DNA of 64,000 nucleotides from Podarcis liolepis (taxonomy: Eukaryota), in NCBI GenBank assembly GCA_965112155.1, contig OZ218105.1; one strand, 5' to 3'. A model generated the notes under the pieces. The model was not told the DNA's origin and did no database searches. It saw nothing but the letters and a program-made list of their open reading frames with translations. Made by a program: the position numbers and the translations under genes. This document shows positions 24,841 to 37,004 of this stretch, piece after piece (the stretch's first letter is position 1; each line of letters begins with the position of its first letter).

Positions 24841-25040
24841 TGTAGTGGTTAGAATGTTGTTGCAGAACCAGGGAGAACAAGGTTCTAATCCCCGCTCAGC
24901 CACAAAACGTGGGCCAGCCGATGTTTCCACAGCCTAATCTGCCGTAAAAGGTTATTGTGAGGATAAAATGGAGAGAAAGAGAACCAGGCATGGCACTTGA
25001 GCTCTTTGGAGGAAAGGAGAGATATAAATGTACAAATTAA
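24841..25040 (+). mobile_element. MIR/CORE-like tRNA SINE (head interrupted by L1)
   Basis: tgtagtggttagaatgttg...ggttctaatcccc (A/B boxes), ggttattgtgaggataaaatgg, ends gatataaatg. Confidence 0.7.
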
Positions 25041-26076
25041 TTATCTAATTAAAATCAGTGCATGCATAAAACCCTCACACATAATGGCTGAACCTACAGA
25101 GGCCGGGGAAGTGTTTCTGGCACAGACCTTGGCGTGAGCCTCTCTCTGGTTAGGTGACATTGAACTTGACCCCCAGTATATTTTGACCGGATAACATGAC
25201 AGGGGAAACTAACATTTCTGATGGCTTTCTCCCAAGCGTCTCTTTGTATACAAATATTTCAAAGTACATTTTCTCTAGCAACTTTAATGTGACATACCCA
25301 TTTTCATCCTTACAGCTTCTGCTCCACTATCCATATTGTTTATGATTTCTTTATTAACATCCCCACTCAACTGCACTGCTGTCACTTCTGTTCCGTCTTT
25401 ATATTGTCTGTTTAAATAATTTCGTTTCCCAAGATTTTATGGTCAATTATTTTAGGTGCATCTTATCACATCAGGCGATTGATGCTTGTACATTCCCCCT
25501 GACAGAAAAGACCTCTTGCTGCTTTGTGCTAAGGGCTGATAATTGGCCACTAAATAAATTAATAATATAAAAATTCCAGTATTTTGAAGGTTATATACCT
25601 GCACGGCTATAATGTCTGACTTCTTGTGATAACCCTTCATTTTAAAGACTGCCATTCATAAACGACCTCCCAATAAGTATGGTTTCCTTCTCCCCAAGTT
25701 ACTGTCGTGCAGGAGGTAATAAGCACTTTAACTGAGCACGAATGATCTCAGGTTGGTTACAGCTGCACAACAAAGATTAAAATAGTGCAACAGACTAAAA
25801 CTGGTGCTCCTTCTTGAGATATAAATGCCAACTGAAAGTTGCTGGGAATTGAGTTATTTGACTCAAGTTAACAGGGTTAGCAAGTGTTAAAGCTTTTCGA
25901 CATTTTTCATTTCTGCCCACATCCAATTGAGGAACCTTCCACAAAAGGTTGTAGAAGCCTTTTCAGCTAAGTGACCACATATTTGGAATAATTCCCATCA
26001 ACAGCAGTTCCACTTATGGGAGGAATTGCTCAGAGGTCACCTGCCACTGGAGTTTGACTAGCAGTGCCACCTTTTA

Positions 26077-26318
26077 GACACTGAGGTCCAGCTCCGTGGG
26101 CCTTCTGGCAGTTCCCTCGCTGCAATAAGTGAGCTTACAGGGAACCAGGCAGAGGGCCTTCTCGGTAGTGGCACCCGCCCTGTGGAACGCCTGACATCCG
26201 ATGTCAAAGAAATAAACAACTATCTGGCTTTTAGAAGACATCATGTTTTTAATATTCTGTTGGGAGTCACTCAGAGTGGCTGGGGAAACCCTGCCAGATG
26301 GGCAGGGTATAAATAATA

Positions 26319-26358
<40 letters not shown>
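26077..26358 (+). mobile_element. L2 3' end with (TTA)n tail
   Basis: Matches 11760-12097, with an internal deletion. Confidence 0.9.
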
Positions 26359-26359
<1 letters not shown>

Positions 26360-27344
26360 CTATTGAGGTACCCGTGGCAAGCGATTTGAAAGACGCTTTA
26401 AGCGAAAACTTCCACTAGGTCATCTACTCTAATGGAAACCTGGCATCTGACTGCAATCCTCAACTACTCATTAATTCTGAAATAATCCTGTGGGAACCAC
26501 AAGTCGGATTATGTAAATATGTGTTTAAGTTTACAGCCCCAAAATAGAATGTATCAGCATAGAAACCAACCCTTTGGTGGGCCAACTACACATTACAGTC
26601 ATTGAACATAACTATAGTTTAAACCATAATTACTACTGAGCAGAGGGAACAGGGAGCTATCTTTCCTGAGGCAAATTGCAGCTACCTGGAGGGGATTTAT
26701 TTATTTTTTGCATCAGCTTGCCATGAAAGTAGCCTGGGATTGGTGGGTGAAATCACAAGCCAAAGCAGTGGGACCAGTTCTCAGAAGGAAACTTTTAATT
26801 TAATCTGTTCAAGAACCCCTGTGCTGCAGGGATATAGTTACCAAAGACAGTTGCTCAGAGGAATGATGGGTAGGTGGGATGCTGCAGAAGGCTTGGCCCC
26901 AGAGTGTCTCTGCCCCCAAAATTCTTACTGTTTTCTTACCTCTACTTGTTCCATTCCCCAAGCTTATTTTTTCTCTGTTTGTTCTGCCCAAAGTCACATG
27001 GCAGGCAAGCTGACCTCGTGATTACAGGATCTCTGACCATAACAGCATACTGCTGTACTTTCTGGAAGACCACTGCCATGACTGTGCAATTCTGAGCCAA
27101 TCGATGCCTTGCTCATTTGAAATTTCCAAGGAAGCTAGCTTACCTCTGTGCTTCTCAGAGGCAAAGTCCTTTCTTTTTACAGCAGAGCTAACTTCTGTTC
27201 AAGCATTCCGCTCAGTCATTCAGCTTATGATCGATTACATTAAAAATAGTACTGTTATAAATATAATAGAACCGCAACTATCATGGACACATGGGTATAT
27301 CAGACTTAATTGTGCAAAATAATGTGGGTTTTATTATGGTGCTT

Positions 27345-27450
27345 GACAAACTGTTCAACAGTGGGAGAGGCTATCTCAGAAGGTGGTGGACTCTCCTTCA
27401 CTAGTGGTTCTTAAGCAGAGGCTGGATGGCCTCACATTAGGGATGCTGTA

Positions 27451-27505
<55 letters not shown>

Positions 27506-27752
27506 TTATTTATACCCCGCCCATCTGGCTGGGTTTCCCCAGCCACTCTGGGCGGCTACCAACAGAATATTAAAATACAATAGTCTTTTAAACATCACAA
27601 GCTCCCCTAAACAGGGCTGCCTTCAGATGTCTTCTAAAAGTCTGGTAGTTGTTTTTCTCTTTGACATCTGATGGGAGGGCGTTCCACAGTAGTAGTGGAG
27701 AGCCTGAACTGGCAGGGGTTTGGTCTAGATGTCCTTTGAGGTTTCTTCCATA
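27345..27752 (+). mobile_element. CR1 3' end interrupted by L2
   Basis: ctgttcaacagtgg...gtggtggactctcc...aagcagaggctggat...gatgctgta | gtagtagtg...ctagatgtcctttgaggtttcttcc. Confidence 0.7.
27451..27689 (-). mobile_element. L2 3' end with (GTT)n tail
   Basis: Minus-strand LWNALPSDVKEKNNYQTFRRHLKAALF; (AAC)n at 27452-27503 on the + strand. Confidence 0.9.
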
Positions 27753-28440
27753 ATTTAAAGAACTACCTGGCAGCTGATTCCTCAGTTCTTGAATAAAAGA
27801 TTTGTAAGTTAACAAATATGTTTTAATCATATTTGGCCCATATAAATCTCTGAATCCCAGGCAACATATGCTTGCTGATCAGCCACCAAAAGAATTCTGA
27901 TCGGGTTTTCGTAATATACTTACAGTGATATTAGATTAGGTTCTTTGTTTTTGAAATAATCCTTTCACTGAAGTTCAATTTGAAGAGCTTTGTGCTCTCC
28001 CCACACAAATCCCCGTATGTTTCATAGCAGCATACTAAAATGCTGATACTTTGATTTGCCCTGAGAAAATAGCTGCTGTCCTTTATGTAAGAAGAAACAA
28101 ACCCCACGAGAGGTTGCAAAGTTCTGCATTTAAACCCTGTGCTTTTCTGATCAAATGGAAAAGTAAAATCCCCTTTGGTTAATCCAGCAGTTTATTCTTG
28201 TGCCATTTCTACTTATTCATAGACCACAATCCAAATCTTGGAGATGCCTTCCATCTTGCTGCACTGCCTCCAGCACAGCCCTGCGGTTTAATTACAATCC
28301 AGTATTGAAAAACAATTAGGTTGCTTGTTGGCTGCAGAGTGTTAACTTTGATTACATTGTTATAGTAATCGGCAATGTAGCAAGGGAATGTTCTGGAAGG
28401 AAAATAAAAATAAAATCTCGAAACAAGCATGTTTGGTGAA

Positions 28441-28528
28441 TATATCTATATCTATATCTATATCTATATCTATATCTATATCTATATCTATATCTATATC
28501 TATATCTATATCTATATCTATATCTATA
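28441..28528. repeat. (TATATC)n hexanucleotide microsatellite
   Basis: Direct read; perfect array. Confidence 0.97.
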
Positions 28529-28533
28529 TGTAA

Positions 28534-28821
28534 TGTTGTTGTTGTTTAGTAGTTTAGCTGTGTCGGACTCTTCGTGACCCCATGGACCAAAGCACGCCAG
28601 GCACTCCTGTCTTCCACTGCCTCCCGCAGTTTGGTCAAACACATCTTGGTAGCTTCGAGAACACTGTCCAACCATCTTGTCCTCTGTCGTCCCCTTCTCC
28701 TTGTGCCCTCCATCTTTCCCAACATCAGGGTCTTTTCCAGGGAGTCTTCTCTTCTCATGAGGTGGCCAAAGTATTGGAGCCTCAGCTTTACGATCTGTCC
28801 TTCCAGTGAGCACTCAGGGCT
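28534..28821 (-). mobile_element. Bov-B (RTE-clade) LINE 3' end, cut by the assembly gap
   Basis: MRREDSLEKTLMLGKMEGTRRRGRQRTRWLDSV...AWRALVHGVTKS; (CAA)n tail; near-identical to 62634-62919. Confidence 0.95.
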
Positions 28822-29012
28822 NNNNNNNNNNNNNNNNNNNNNNNNNNNNNNNNNNNNNNNNNNNNNNNNNNNNNNNNNNNNNNNNNNNNNNNNNNNNNNN
28901 NNNNNNNNNNNNNNNNNNNNNNNNNNNNNNNNNNNNNNNNNNNNNNNNNNNNNNNNNNNNNNNNNNNNNNNNNNNNNNNNNNNNNNNNNNNNNNNNNNNN
29001 NNNNNNNNNNNN
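28822..29012. other. Assembly gap (N run)
   Basis: 191 consecutive N. Confidence 1.
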
Positions 29013-29171
29013 GGGGGCAATCCTATGGTAAGGTCATTCAGGATGAGCAGCTTAGGTTGCAGTAGATCTCAGACTCAGCCAGCTGATTCTCAGCTCAACC
29101 AGGCTCAGTTAGCATTACATTCCCAACCCCAGATCAATCAATGTAACTTGCTCATTCTGGATCAGCCGAAG

Positions 29172-29454
29172 CTGGCACTGAGTTCCAGCTCTGAGGGGCT
29201 TCTAGCGGTTCCCTCACTGTGAGAACTGAAGTTACAAGGAACCAGGCACAGGGCCTTCTTGGCAGTGGCACCCTCCCAATGGAAGGCCCTCCCATCAGTT
29301 GTCATGGAGATAAATAACTATCCAACTTTTAGAAGACTTCTGGTGGCAGGCCTGCATTGGGAGGTTTTTAATGTTGGATGTTTTATTATGTTTTTATATG
29401 TGTTGGAAACTGTCCAGAGTGGCTGGGGCAACCCAGCCAGATGGGTGTGGTATA

Positions 29455-29498
<44 letters not shown>
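29172..29498 (+). mobile_element. L2 3' end with (AAT)n tail
   Basis: Matches 11760-12050, more diverged. Confidence 0.88.
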
Positions 29499-29500
<2 letters not shown>

Positions 29501-29829
29501 GTTGGGCTGAGGCCAAAAAAGAGGCATTCTGGTGGGGTGACAGAGGTTGAACCACAGAGTGAGGACTTAGGTTGGATCCTACACCTATTCAGCTTGGCCA
29601 TGTGACCAGCTAACCCAGCATAGAACACTACTTTAAAGGATTGTGTCCGCTCTGCCAGGCTTAGACAGAGCAGTAGCAGCCCCACTGCAGAATGGATTTT
29701 GGATCTAGTGTAACTTTACGGCAGCTTAATTTATACTAGTTTGCTTTGCACCAGCTTCTTGTGCATAGGATGGCTGCCTGACTAGCAATTCATAGGTAAG
29801 CCCCCTCTCCTTTTTAAAAGTAGTCCTAT

Positions 29830-30140
29830 GATCAGAAGGTCGGCGGTTCAAATCCCCGTGACAGGGTGAGCTCCTGTTGCTCGGTCCCTGCTCCTGCCAA
29901 CCTAGCAGTTTGAAAGCACGTCAAAGTGCAAGTAGATAAATAGGCACCGCTCCAGCGGGAAGGTAAACGGTGTTTCCGTGCGCTGCTCTGGTTCTCCAGA
30001 AGCGGCTTAGTCATGATGGCCACATGACCCGGAAGCTGTACGCTGGCTCCCTCGGCCAGTAAAGCGAGATGAGTGCCACAACCCCAGAGTCAGCCACGAC
30101 TGGACCTAATGGTCAGGGGTCCCTTTACCTTTATCTTTAC
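29830..30140 (+). mobile_element. Sauria SINE, 5'-truncated
   Basis: gatcagaaggtcggcggttcaaatcccc...gtcaggggtccctttaccttta; reverse complement of 18563-18870. Confidence 0.93.
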
Positions 30141-31488
30141 TATGTTAATATTTATTTATTCATTTTTCACAAAAGTGTCCAGGGTGGTAATTTCTGTGCA
30201 GTTGTGGATCCTTGAGTTTTACACAAAGGGGAAAGGTGGTTGCCCGGATGAAATCCAGTGAGAATTCTTGGAGCCTATGCTCCTTGTACATAGTTTCCTA
30301 GTGCTTATTGTAATGCTTGCTGCCTGAAGATCTAGCACCAATATACACTGTTTACAGCTGAAAAGAGGGTGGGCCCAAACAAAGGCAAATGCTATGAAAT
30401 CTAAATGGTGAAGAACATTAACAGCACTGCTGGCTTCTTTTGAGAAATGCTACAGAACTGCAACAGTTCCTTAATTATTATCATTACGCATGACTGTAGC
30501 TGAGAAGAGACCTGTCAGGTATGCTACAGCAATTTTCTTGTCTGTGGAATAGGATGACCTCAACATGAAAATGCTACCATAATCTTATGCTTTAATCTTA
30601 TGCTTGAATCTTACCATTAGAACTTTCTGTTCTATTCCAGAAAGCTGGATGAATCTCTAGTAATGAGCATGTTCAGAAATGCACCGACATATTGATGATT
30701 TTTTTGCGGGGGGAGGGTTTCTTTTTAAAAACCAGAAACTGTTGTGGAAATGTGGCAAACTGAACATAAGACTGAAAAAAAAAAAAGGAAGAGAGAGCAA
30801 CCAAAATAAAGAGATATTTCCATCCCTATATATGAGTGAGTAAAAGATGCTCCTTCTTGGAAAAAAAGGAGTATTTCCAACTGTCCTTGTTCGTGCACCT
30901 GCCCAGCATATCTGCAGCCTTCTGTGCTCCACTGCATCTCACTCTGTGGAATCAGGACTGGTACTGCCCAGTGGTAACAGTGTTTTTAGCATTACTGTCT
31001 GTGTCTCCTCTTCCATACATTTTCATTTTCCCGATTAAGGATCAAATTTAATTTGACTCCTCCAGCCTCATATGTTTGTTCTTCTTTTCGTTTTCTTGTG
31101 TGTTTTTGATAGTATCCTCCAGCTTAGTTATTACTGTGTAATTGTTTTGAAATGTAGTTATTGTTAGGAGTTGTTGCAGATGTTCCCCTACACAATACAA
31201 GCTAAATGAATGTAAAATTGAATTACCAGCCCAAGGATTGTCCAAGAAGCAGTAAAACCAGTAAATTAGTTTCTTGCATTAAACAAGCTAAAATGCAATG
31301 GGGAGTTCAGTGCGCTGAACTTCTTACGTGATGCCTTGGTTCATTCAAGAGATGAGCTTGCAAACTTTGATTGTTTTGTGACTGATTCTGGGAAAGATAA
31401 GGAAGGCTGAAATTCTAAACCAGTTTTCTGATTTTAAGTGAACTGAAGCTCCTTATGACATTTGAACTCAGAGAACTACAGTTTAAAC

Positions 31489-31624
31489 CAGGCACCCCCA
31501 AACTCGGCCCTCTAGATGTTTTGGGACTACAACTCCCATCATCCCTAGATAACAGGACCAGTGGTCAGGGATGATGGGAATTGTAGTCCCAAAGCATCTG
31601 GAGGGCTGAGTTTGGGGATGCCTG
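31489..31624. mobile_element. hAT (Charlie-type) palindromic MITE
   Basis: TIRs caggcacccccaaactc / gagtttggggatgcctg; exact TSD gtttaaac. Confidence 0.9.
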
Positions 31625-31753
31625 GTTTAAACTATGGTTGCTTAACAAGTCAGGATAATATACCATGGTTTGATCCTGGCTTATTTGAACTAATGATAGT
31701 TTAAATGATCCATCACATATTCTGAGATGATCACTCCCCAGCTTCCCTTAGAA

Positions 31754-31878
31754 CAGCGTTCACCAATCTTGTGCCTTCTGAATGTGGTTGAACTACAACT
31801 CCCATCAGCTTCAGCTGGAACTATTGTGCTTTCTAGGGTTGATGGGCATTGTAGTCCTACAACATCTGGAAGGTGCTA
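31754..31878. mobile_element. Degraded hAT MITE
   Basis: gaactacaactcccatca ... tgatgggcattgtagtcc inverted core. Confidence 0.65.
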
Positions 31879-32144
31879 GTGCTAAAGAAAGTGGAAGTTC
31901 AGATGCCTAGAAGAACCTGGCACATTCTGTATTATAAGAAAGGGACATATAGTCTTAGGATAACATTTCCCAACAGCCTGTGCTGTGACCTGTTTCTCTA
32001 CCCTAGAGAGAAGGCTTGGTTTCCTGAGATGAAGGAAGAAAAGGAGAGACAGAGACTGAGGAAAGACTATAGACTGGGAACAGGTGGGTGGGGCTGATGA
32101 AACACTAGTGAGGACTCAAAGGTGGAGTAGAAGATCTTCTAGTT

Positions 32145-32265
32145 CAGTGTTCCCCAAACTTGGGTCTCCAGGTGTTTTTGGACAACTCCTATCATCCCTA
32201 GCTAGAAAGACCAGTGGTCGGGGATGGTTCAAAAACAGCTGGAGACCCAAGTTTGGGAAACACTG
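32145..32265. mobile_element. hAT palindromic MITE
   Basis: TIRs cagtgttccccaaacttgggtctccag / ctggagacccaagtttgggaaacactg. Confidence 0.85.
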
Positions 32266-32318
32266 CTTGGTTCCATGGAAGCTTGAGACTCACAGGGGAA
32301 GCAGTCAAAGTCTGCTCG

Positions 32319-32339
32319 AACAGCACCTTGGACAGTTCC
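32319..32339 (+). promoter_or_regulatory. Candidate REST/NRSF site (RE1/NRSE)
   Basis: aacagcaccttggacagttcc contains an exact CAGCACC-NN-GGACAG core with canonical 2-bp spacer. Confidence 0.55.
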
Positions 32340-35009
32340 AAATGGTTATGCAAAGGCATCTACAGAAGACGCAAGGAGCTGGAGCCAACTGAGGCCTTGT
32401 GTAAGTTGGTCAGACCTGGAGTGATTTGCTTCCGGTTGGGAGGGCTCCAGATAAGGCATTAGTGCTTCTCCACTTATGAAAGTAGCCTGAACATCACCCT
32501 CATCAGCTTCATCTGCTGCACACTGCATGATCCCTGGGCCATGAAAAGAAACCTTCTCAACAGTTTGGCAGTGAATGCAACTCTGAAAGTGTTGGTACAG
32601 AAAGATTTTGTGGGAAGAGCATGATAATAGAAGGTATAAGATATGACTGAGGCTGTGTAGGCTTATTATTGAATGAGGAAACACAAAGCTGCTACATTTA
32701 AATCCACTTATTATGTGCCATGCCTTGGGTAGCAGCAAGCTTCCCTATACTTACCCCATTAAATCACTAATTGCTGTTAGCCACATGTCAGTAGTCCCTT
32801 TCAGTCATTAGACTCTATGCAATTAACGTAGTATTGTGAGGCTTGGTGGTCGTGTTTAAGCAGGCCATGGAGGGGTGCTACTGCTGCTGGTTGCTTAAAG
32901 GAGAAGCAGAGTGACGTGCTATTTGAACTGGCCTACCCATTCTATTAATGAAGGCCAGAAGCCAGTTCAAGGGGTGCTTTGCAAAAATCACAGCATGGCT
33001 TTTGATGGGTGAGCAGCCCTGACCACCTATCACCCATGCAATGTCACAGTGACCTCATGTGATTGCCAGGTGGGCAGCCCCCCAACCTGTTAAATTTGGT
33101 CCCCAAGGCCAACACTACTAAGGATCTGTTCCACGGAACCAAAAAGGTTTCTCAGAAATATAATCATCCATAATTAAAATTCAATTAAAGCACAGGCGGC
33201 AACGATTATGTGTGTGCCCAATGGATGTGTGATTACCGATGCACATGTTGTTTTCTTCCCACTTTGTTCAGATGAAGCTCTCCCCAGAGGTTAAAATCAA
33301 GGGAGGAACTTGATTTTGAAAGTAACCAAGAATCTTGCAGTACTGTGATGACTGACAAATTTCTTGTGGCAAATGTACTCATCGCAAGTATGAAGAGTTA
33401 TCAGGAGCTGGCAAGCAACTGCATGCAGAACAAGGGACGAGAATGGTGAGGAGTACAGAGTGAGGCCAAACATTAATAATTAGATGATTATTTTGCATAC
33501 ACTTAGGCATTTGCATAACTAGCACTGTGTGTAGCTTTTGCATTTCGTCTCCCTCTGATCTCACTCTGTTGATGACCAAGTAAAAAAGTACCAGTCCCAC
33601 TACAGTTCCAATACAGATACTTCTCAAATTTTTGATTTGTTGGTTAGGTGAATTCTGAGGCTCAATGAGTTTCGAACACCTAGAAAGGCCAATCACAATC
33701 TGTCTTCTGTGGGCTGGATGCAGAAGAAATTCTGATAGTGACGCTGTGCGCACAAGTGACAGGGACTATGCACAATGCTGACTGAGTACAGATGTGGATC
33801 TTGAGATGTTGTGCAAGGCATAGGGCTACAAGAAGCACACCACTGGAGTTCAGTTCTCTTTTCTCATAGAAGGATGTTGTGCTAAATTGGGGAAAGCCCT
33901 TCCATTCACAGATGGGCACCGTGGATCCAATCCTGTGTTCTTACCTCTCCCTCTAGCACTCAATGGTAGCAAAACTTCCTTTCGTTCAGCTGTGAAATCT
34001 TTCTGATGCTGTGCCCACATCGGAGAGCCATTGCATCCCTCGAACAACCTGCATGGCTACCTCTCCCCTTTAGAAAGATTACCGAGCTGTGCAAGCAAAT
34101 TAAGTCTATTTAAATGCCATGTAGAAACAATTCACAGCAATTTGCTGTGCACACTTCTCGTTGCGCCTCTGTCAAACGCTGCCTTCCCTGCGTACTAATT
34201 GTGTCACCTCATCCAATGACTGTGCAGGGTTTTCTGCTTAGAGTGTGCAATAATCGAGCCTGCAATTAATAGAACAACCCATAGGCTCCAAACTTGCAAG
34301 CCTTTCTCGTATCATTACCACCCTGACATTAGTCTCCTGTTTCTGCAGTCTTAACAATAGCATGGCGGGAAAAGCACACAGAATCGCCCCCATTGCTCTT
34401 AATGCAAAGTGGACAGGTCTCTTTGTTCCTTTGTGCAAGTTAAACCTGGTTCATTTAGCTCATTCTATCTCATTTCCTCCAGGCCACATTTGCAAGGGGG
34501 GGAAGGAACAAAAAAAAAAACCACACACACAGAATGAGATTTGGATAAACAGTCTTATTTCACCATAGCCTGCTGTTACTGTTATTTTAGAGGCGATCTC
34601 CTGCAGCTGCTCTGGGAGAGCCAGGTTGGAAGGATCAATTTCTAGGAAATGGTAATTACTTGCTGAAGTATTTTACTCAGAACTACACTGCTGTTATTCT
34701 CTGTCGAGTGACACAAACCAATTAAGGTAGCCTATATTGCTCAGCGAAGGAGTGACCTGATTTTAATCTTTTCTTTCTTCTCCTCTCCTTTCTTCACAGA
34801 GTTATAGAAGAAGAATATGTCTGTTAAAGCCAGTATTGCTTTGAAGTAGTAATATTATGGCTAATGTCATTTAATTTCTTCCCCCCTGCCTATTTCACAA
34901 AAAAGGCAGGCTAATAAAAAAAACTAGCGCAAAATGTGTTGATGATTTGAAGTCCTTTATAATGGGGTGGTTTACAAGCTTGTGTGGTAGGACTGCCCAG
35001 TCTTTAACA

Positions 35010-35310
35010 GCAGCCAGACACATAGGCCAAAAAACAGACAAAGAGTCCTGCTGGATCAGAGAAAAGGTCTATCTAGTCCACCATCTTGTTCCTGAATCAG
35101 ATGTCTATGGGAAGATCAGAAGCTTTTTTGCTGGTGTGTCCCAGCAGCTGATATTCAGAGACATACTGTTTTTGATACTGGATGAGAGATAGCCATAAGG
35201 ATTAGTAGTTACTGATAGCCTTATCCTTCATGAATTAGTCTAATCCCCCTTTAAAAGCAATCCAACTTGGTGGCCATCACTGCATTCTGTGAGTGAGAAT
35301 TTCATAGGCT
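35010..35310 (-). mobile_element. CR1 3' tail
   Basis: Reverse complement of CR1 ends (ccttcatgaattagtctaatccccctttaaaagc..tccaacttggtggccatcactgc). Confidence 0.75.
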
Positions 35311-36511
35311 CAGTTTGGATGCCATTGCTAACATTTGGTTTGGCTATCATTAAAAAACTTGGAACATGGGAGCTCCCTCCTTCCTGCTCCCATGTGCCAG
35401 TTCCTTCCCCTGTGTCCTGATTTGTGGCAACTAATGATGTACTAATAGGACAAACTATGGTAAGCCATAATTTGTCTCCAAACCAGAATTGAGGAAATGA
35501 AAGCTTAGAAGGTACTTTGTTGCTGAAAATGCTTTGAAAATAAACTGTTATTCAGATTTGGTACTTTCAAACAGAAAGCCAACCTGCCTTCTACACCACC
35601 TCAAAATGGAAGATAATTTTTCTTTTCACTTTGACAGTGCTAAATCAGAGTTGTCCTTAAAAAAGAAATGTCATATCTGAGCACACTGCCCTAGGAAACT
35701 GAGCTGAAGTTTCCACTCAGCTTCTAGTATGACTCCATCACTTTCTTGGAGAGTTATAGCAAGCATATATGCCATTGATGTATCTTTAAAGTTAGGATTT
35801 TTGTTGCCTCTAAGGGCACATTGCATGGTATTTTGGCCTCTGTCATTCTATTTCCCCTTTATCCAGTGTGAAGGATAATTCTGGAGCTTTTCCCCTTCTA
35901 CTTCTGTTTACAGATGGTACTGAATTCCATATTAGCCACATATGGTGGTGACATTTAAGTTCTGGGCGTGGTAGAACTATCCCAAGCCGGATCTCACTGA
36001 ATTAACTTGTTTTAGTGAAAGTAGGGCCCCATTTTTGTGAATACAGTTGTTAAGTTGCGTGGATGTATATCTTTTTGGCTCATCCCCAGCAACTTCACTT
36101 TTGAGTTCTTTGACCACTTTGTTACCTTTCAGAAAGACAAATAAAACAATATCCTACTCCTGTATCAGGACTCCTGCATCAGCACACTGAAACCTGTTTA
36201 CGGACAGTAAATGTTAGAGGAATCCTGAATCAAACATGTTGATATTCAACTCTTTGTAGTGCTCAATATATTAACACTATGCATGGGATTATTATTTTCA
36301 TATAAAAAATATGAAAATGTAGTTTATTGTTTACTTCTTTGGTTTTTGTTTTTTTAAAACAGAAATGCAGCTATAATTTTATAAGATATGTTTGCATCCT
36401 TTCAATAGGCGGAAAATAAGGAAGACTAGGAAAGTACTAGGACCAAGAATGAAATACATGACTGCAGTATGCATAATAAGAATGCTGTTATTAAACTCCT
36501 CTCTATTGTAT

Positions 36512-36515
<4 letters not shown>

Positions 36516-36553
<38 letters not shown>
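36516..36553. repeat. (CT)n microsatellite
   Basis: Direct read. Confidence 0.97.
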
Positions 36554-36555
<2 letters not shown>

Positions 36556-37004
36556 GAAATAAAATTCAATATAACTGTCTCAGCCACGTTATCCATCTCT
36601 GACTGTATCATCCAAGAATGTATGCAGTTGCTCTCCCAAAATTCTCTCCATCACATTCTCTAAATAGGGGGTGTTGTGACTGGTCATATGTTAATTGAAA
36701 CCAATGAATCCAGAATTGGCTTCTTTAGGAATGAACATACACCTGGTCTTTTAAGGTAGCAGAGACCATCCCATGATACAATGAAGCATTAACTGCACTG
36801 CAGACCCAACCAGACAGACCTCCTCTGCAAGTTTAAGAAGCCAGGAGGGACAAAGATCAAGGGAGCACAGGATCAGGCATAGAGCTGCAAGCACCTTACC
36901 CATATAATCAGGCTGCATAAGCAGAAAGTGATCCCAAAACACATCACAGGCTATGGCACTGGGCACTTTGGTTGGGACAGCAACAATTGCAGAATCAAGT
37001 TCTA

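Noticed and set aside
28574-29222. ORFs containing X runs
   Set aside because: Artefacts of the N gap and the antisense strand of Bov-B.
36672-36948. Possible solo LTR (tgtga...tcaca)
   Set aside because: No convincing TSD, polyadenylation signal or second copy in the window.
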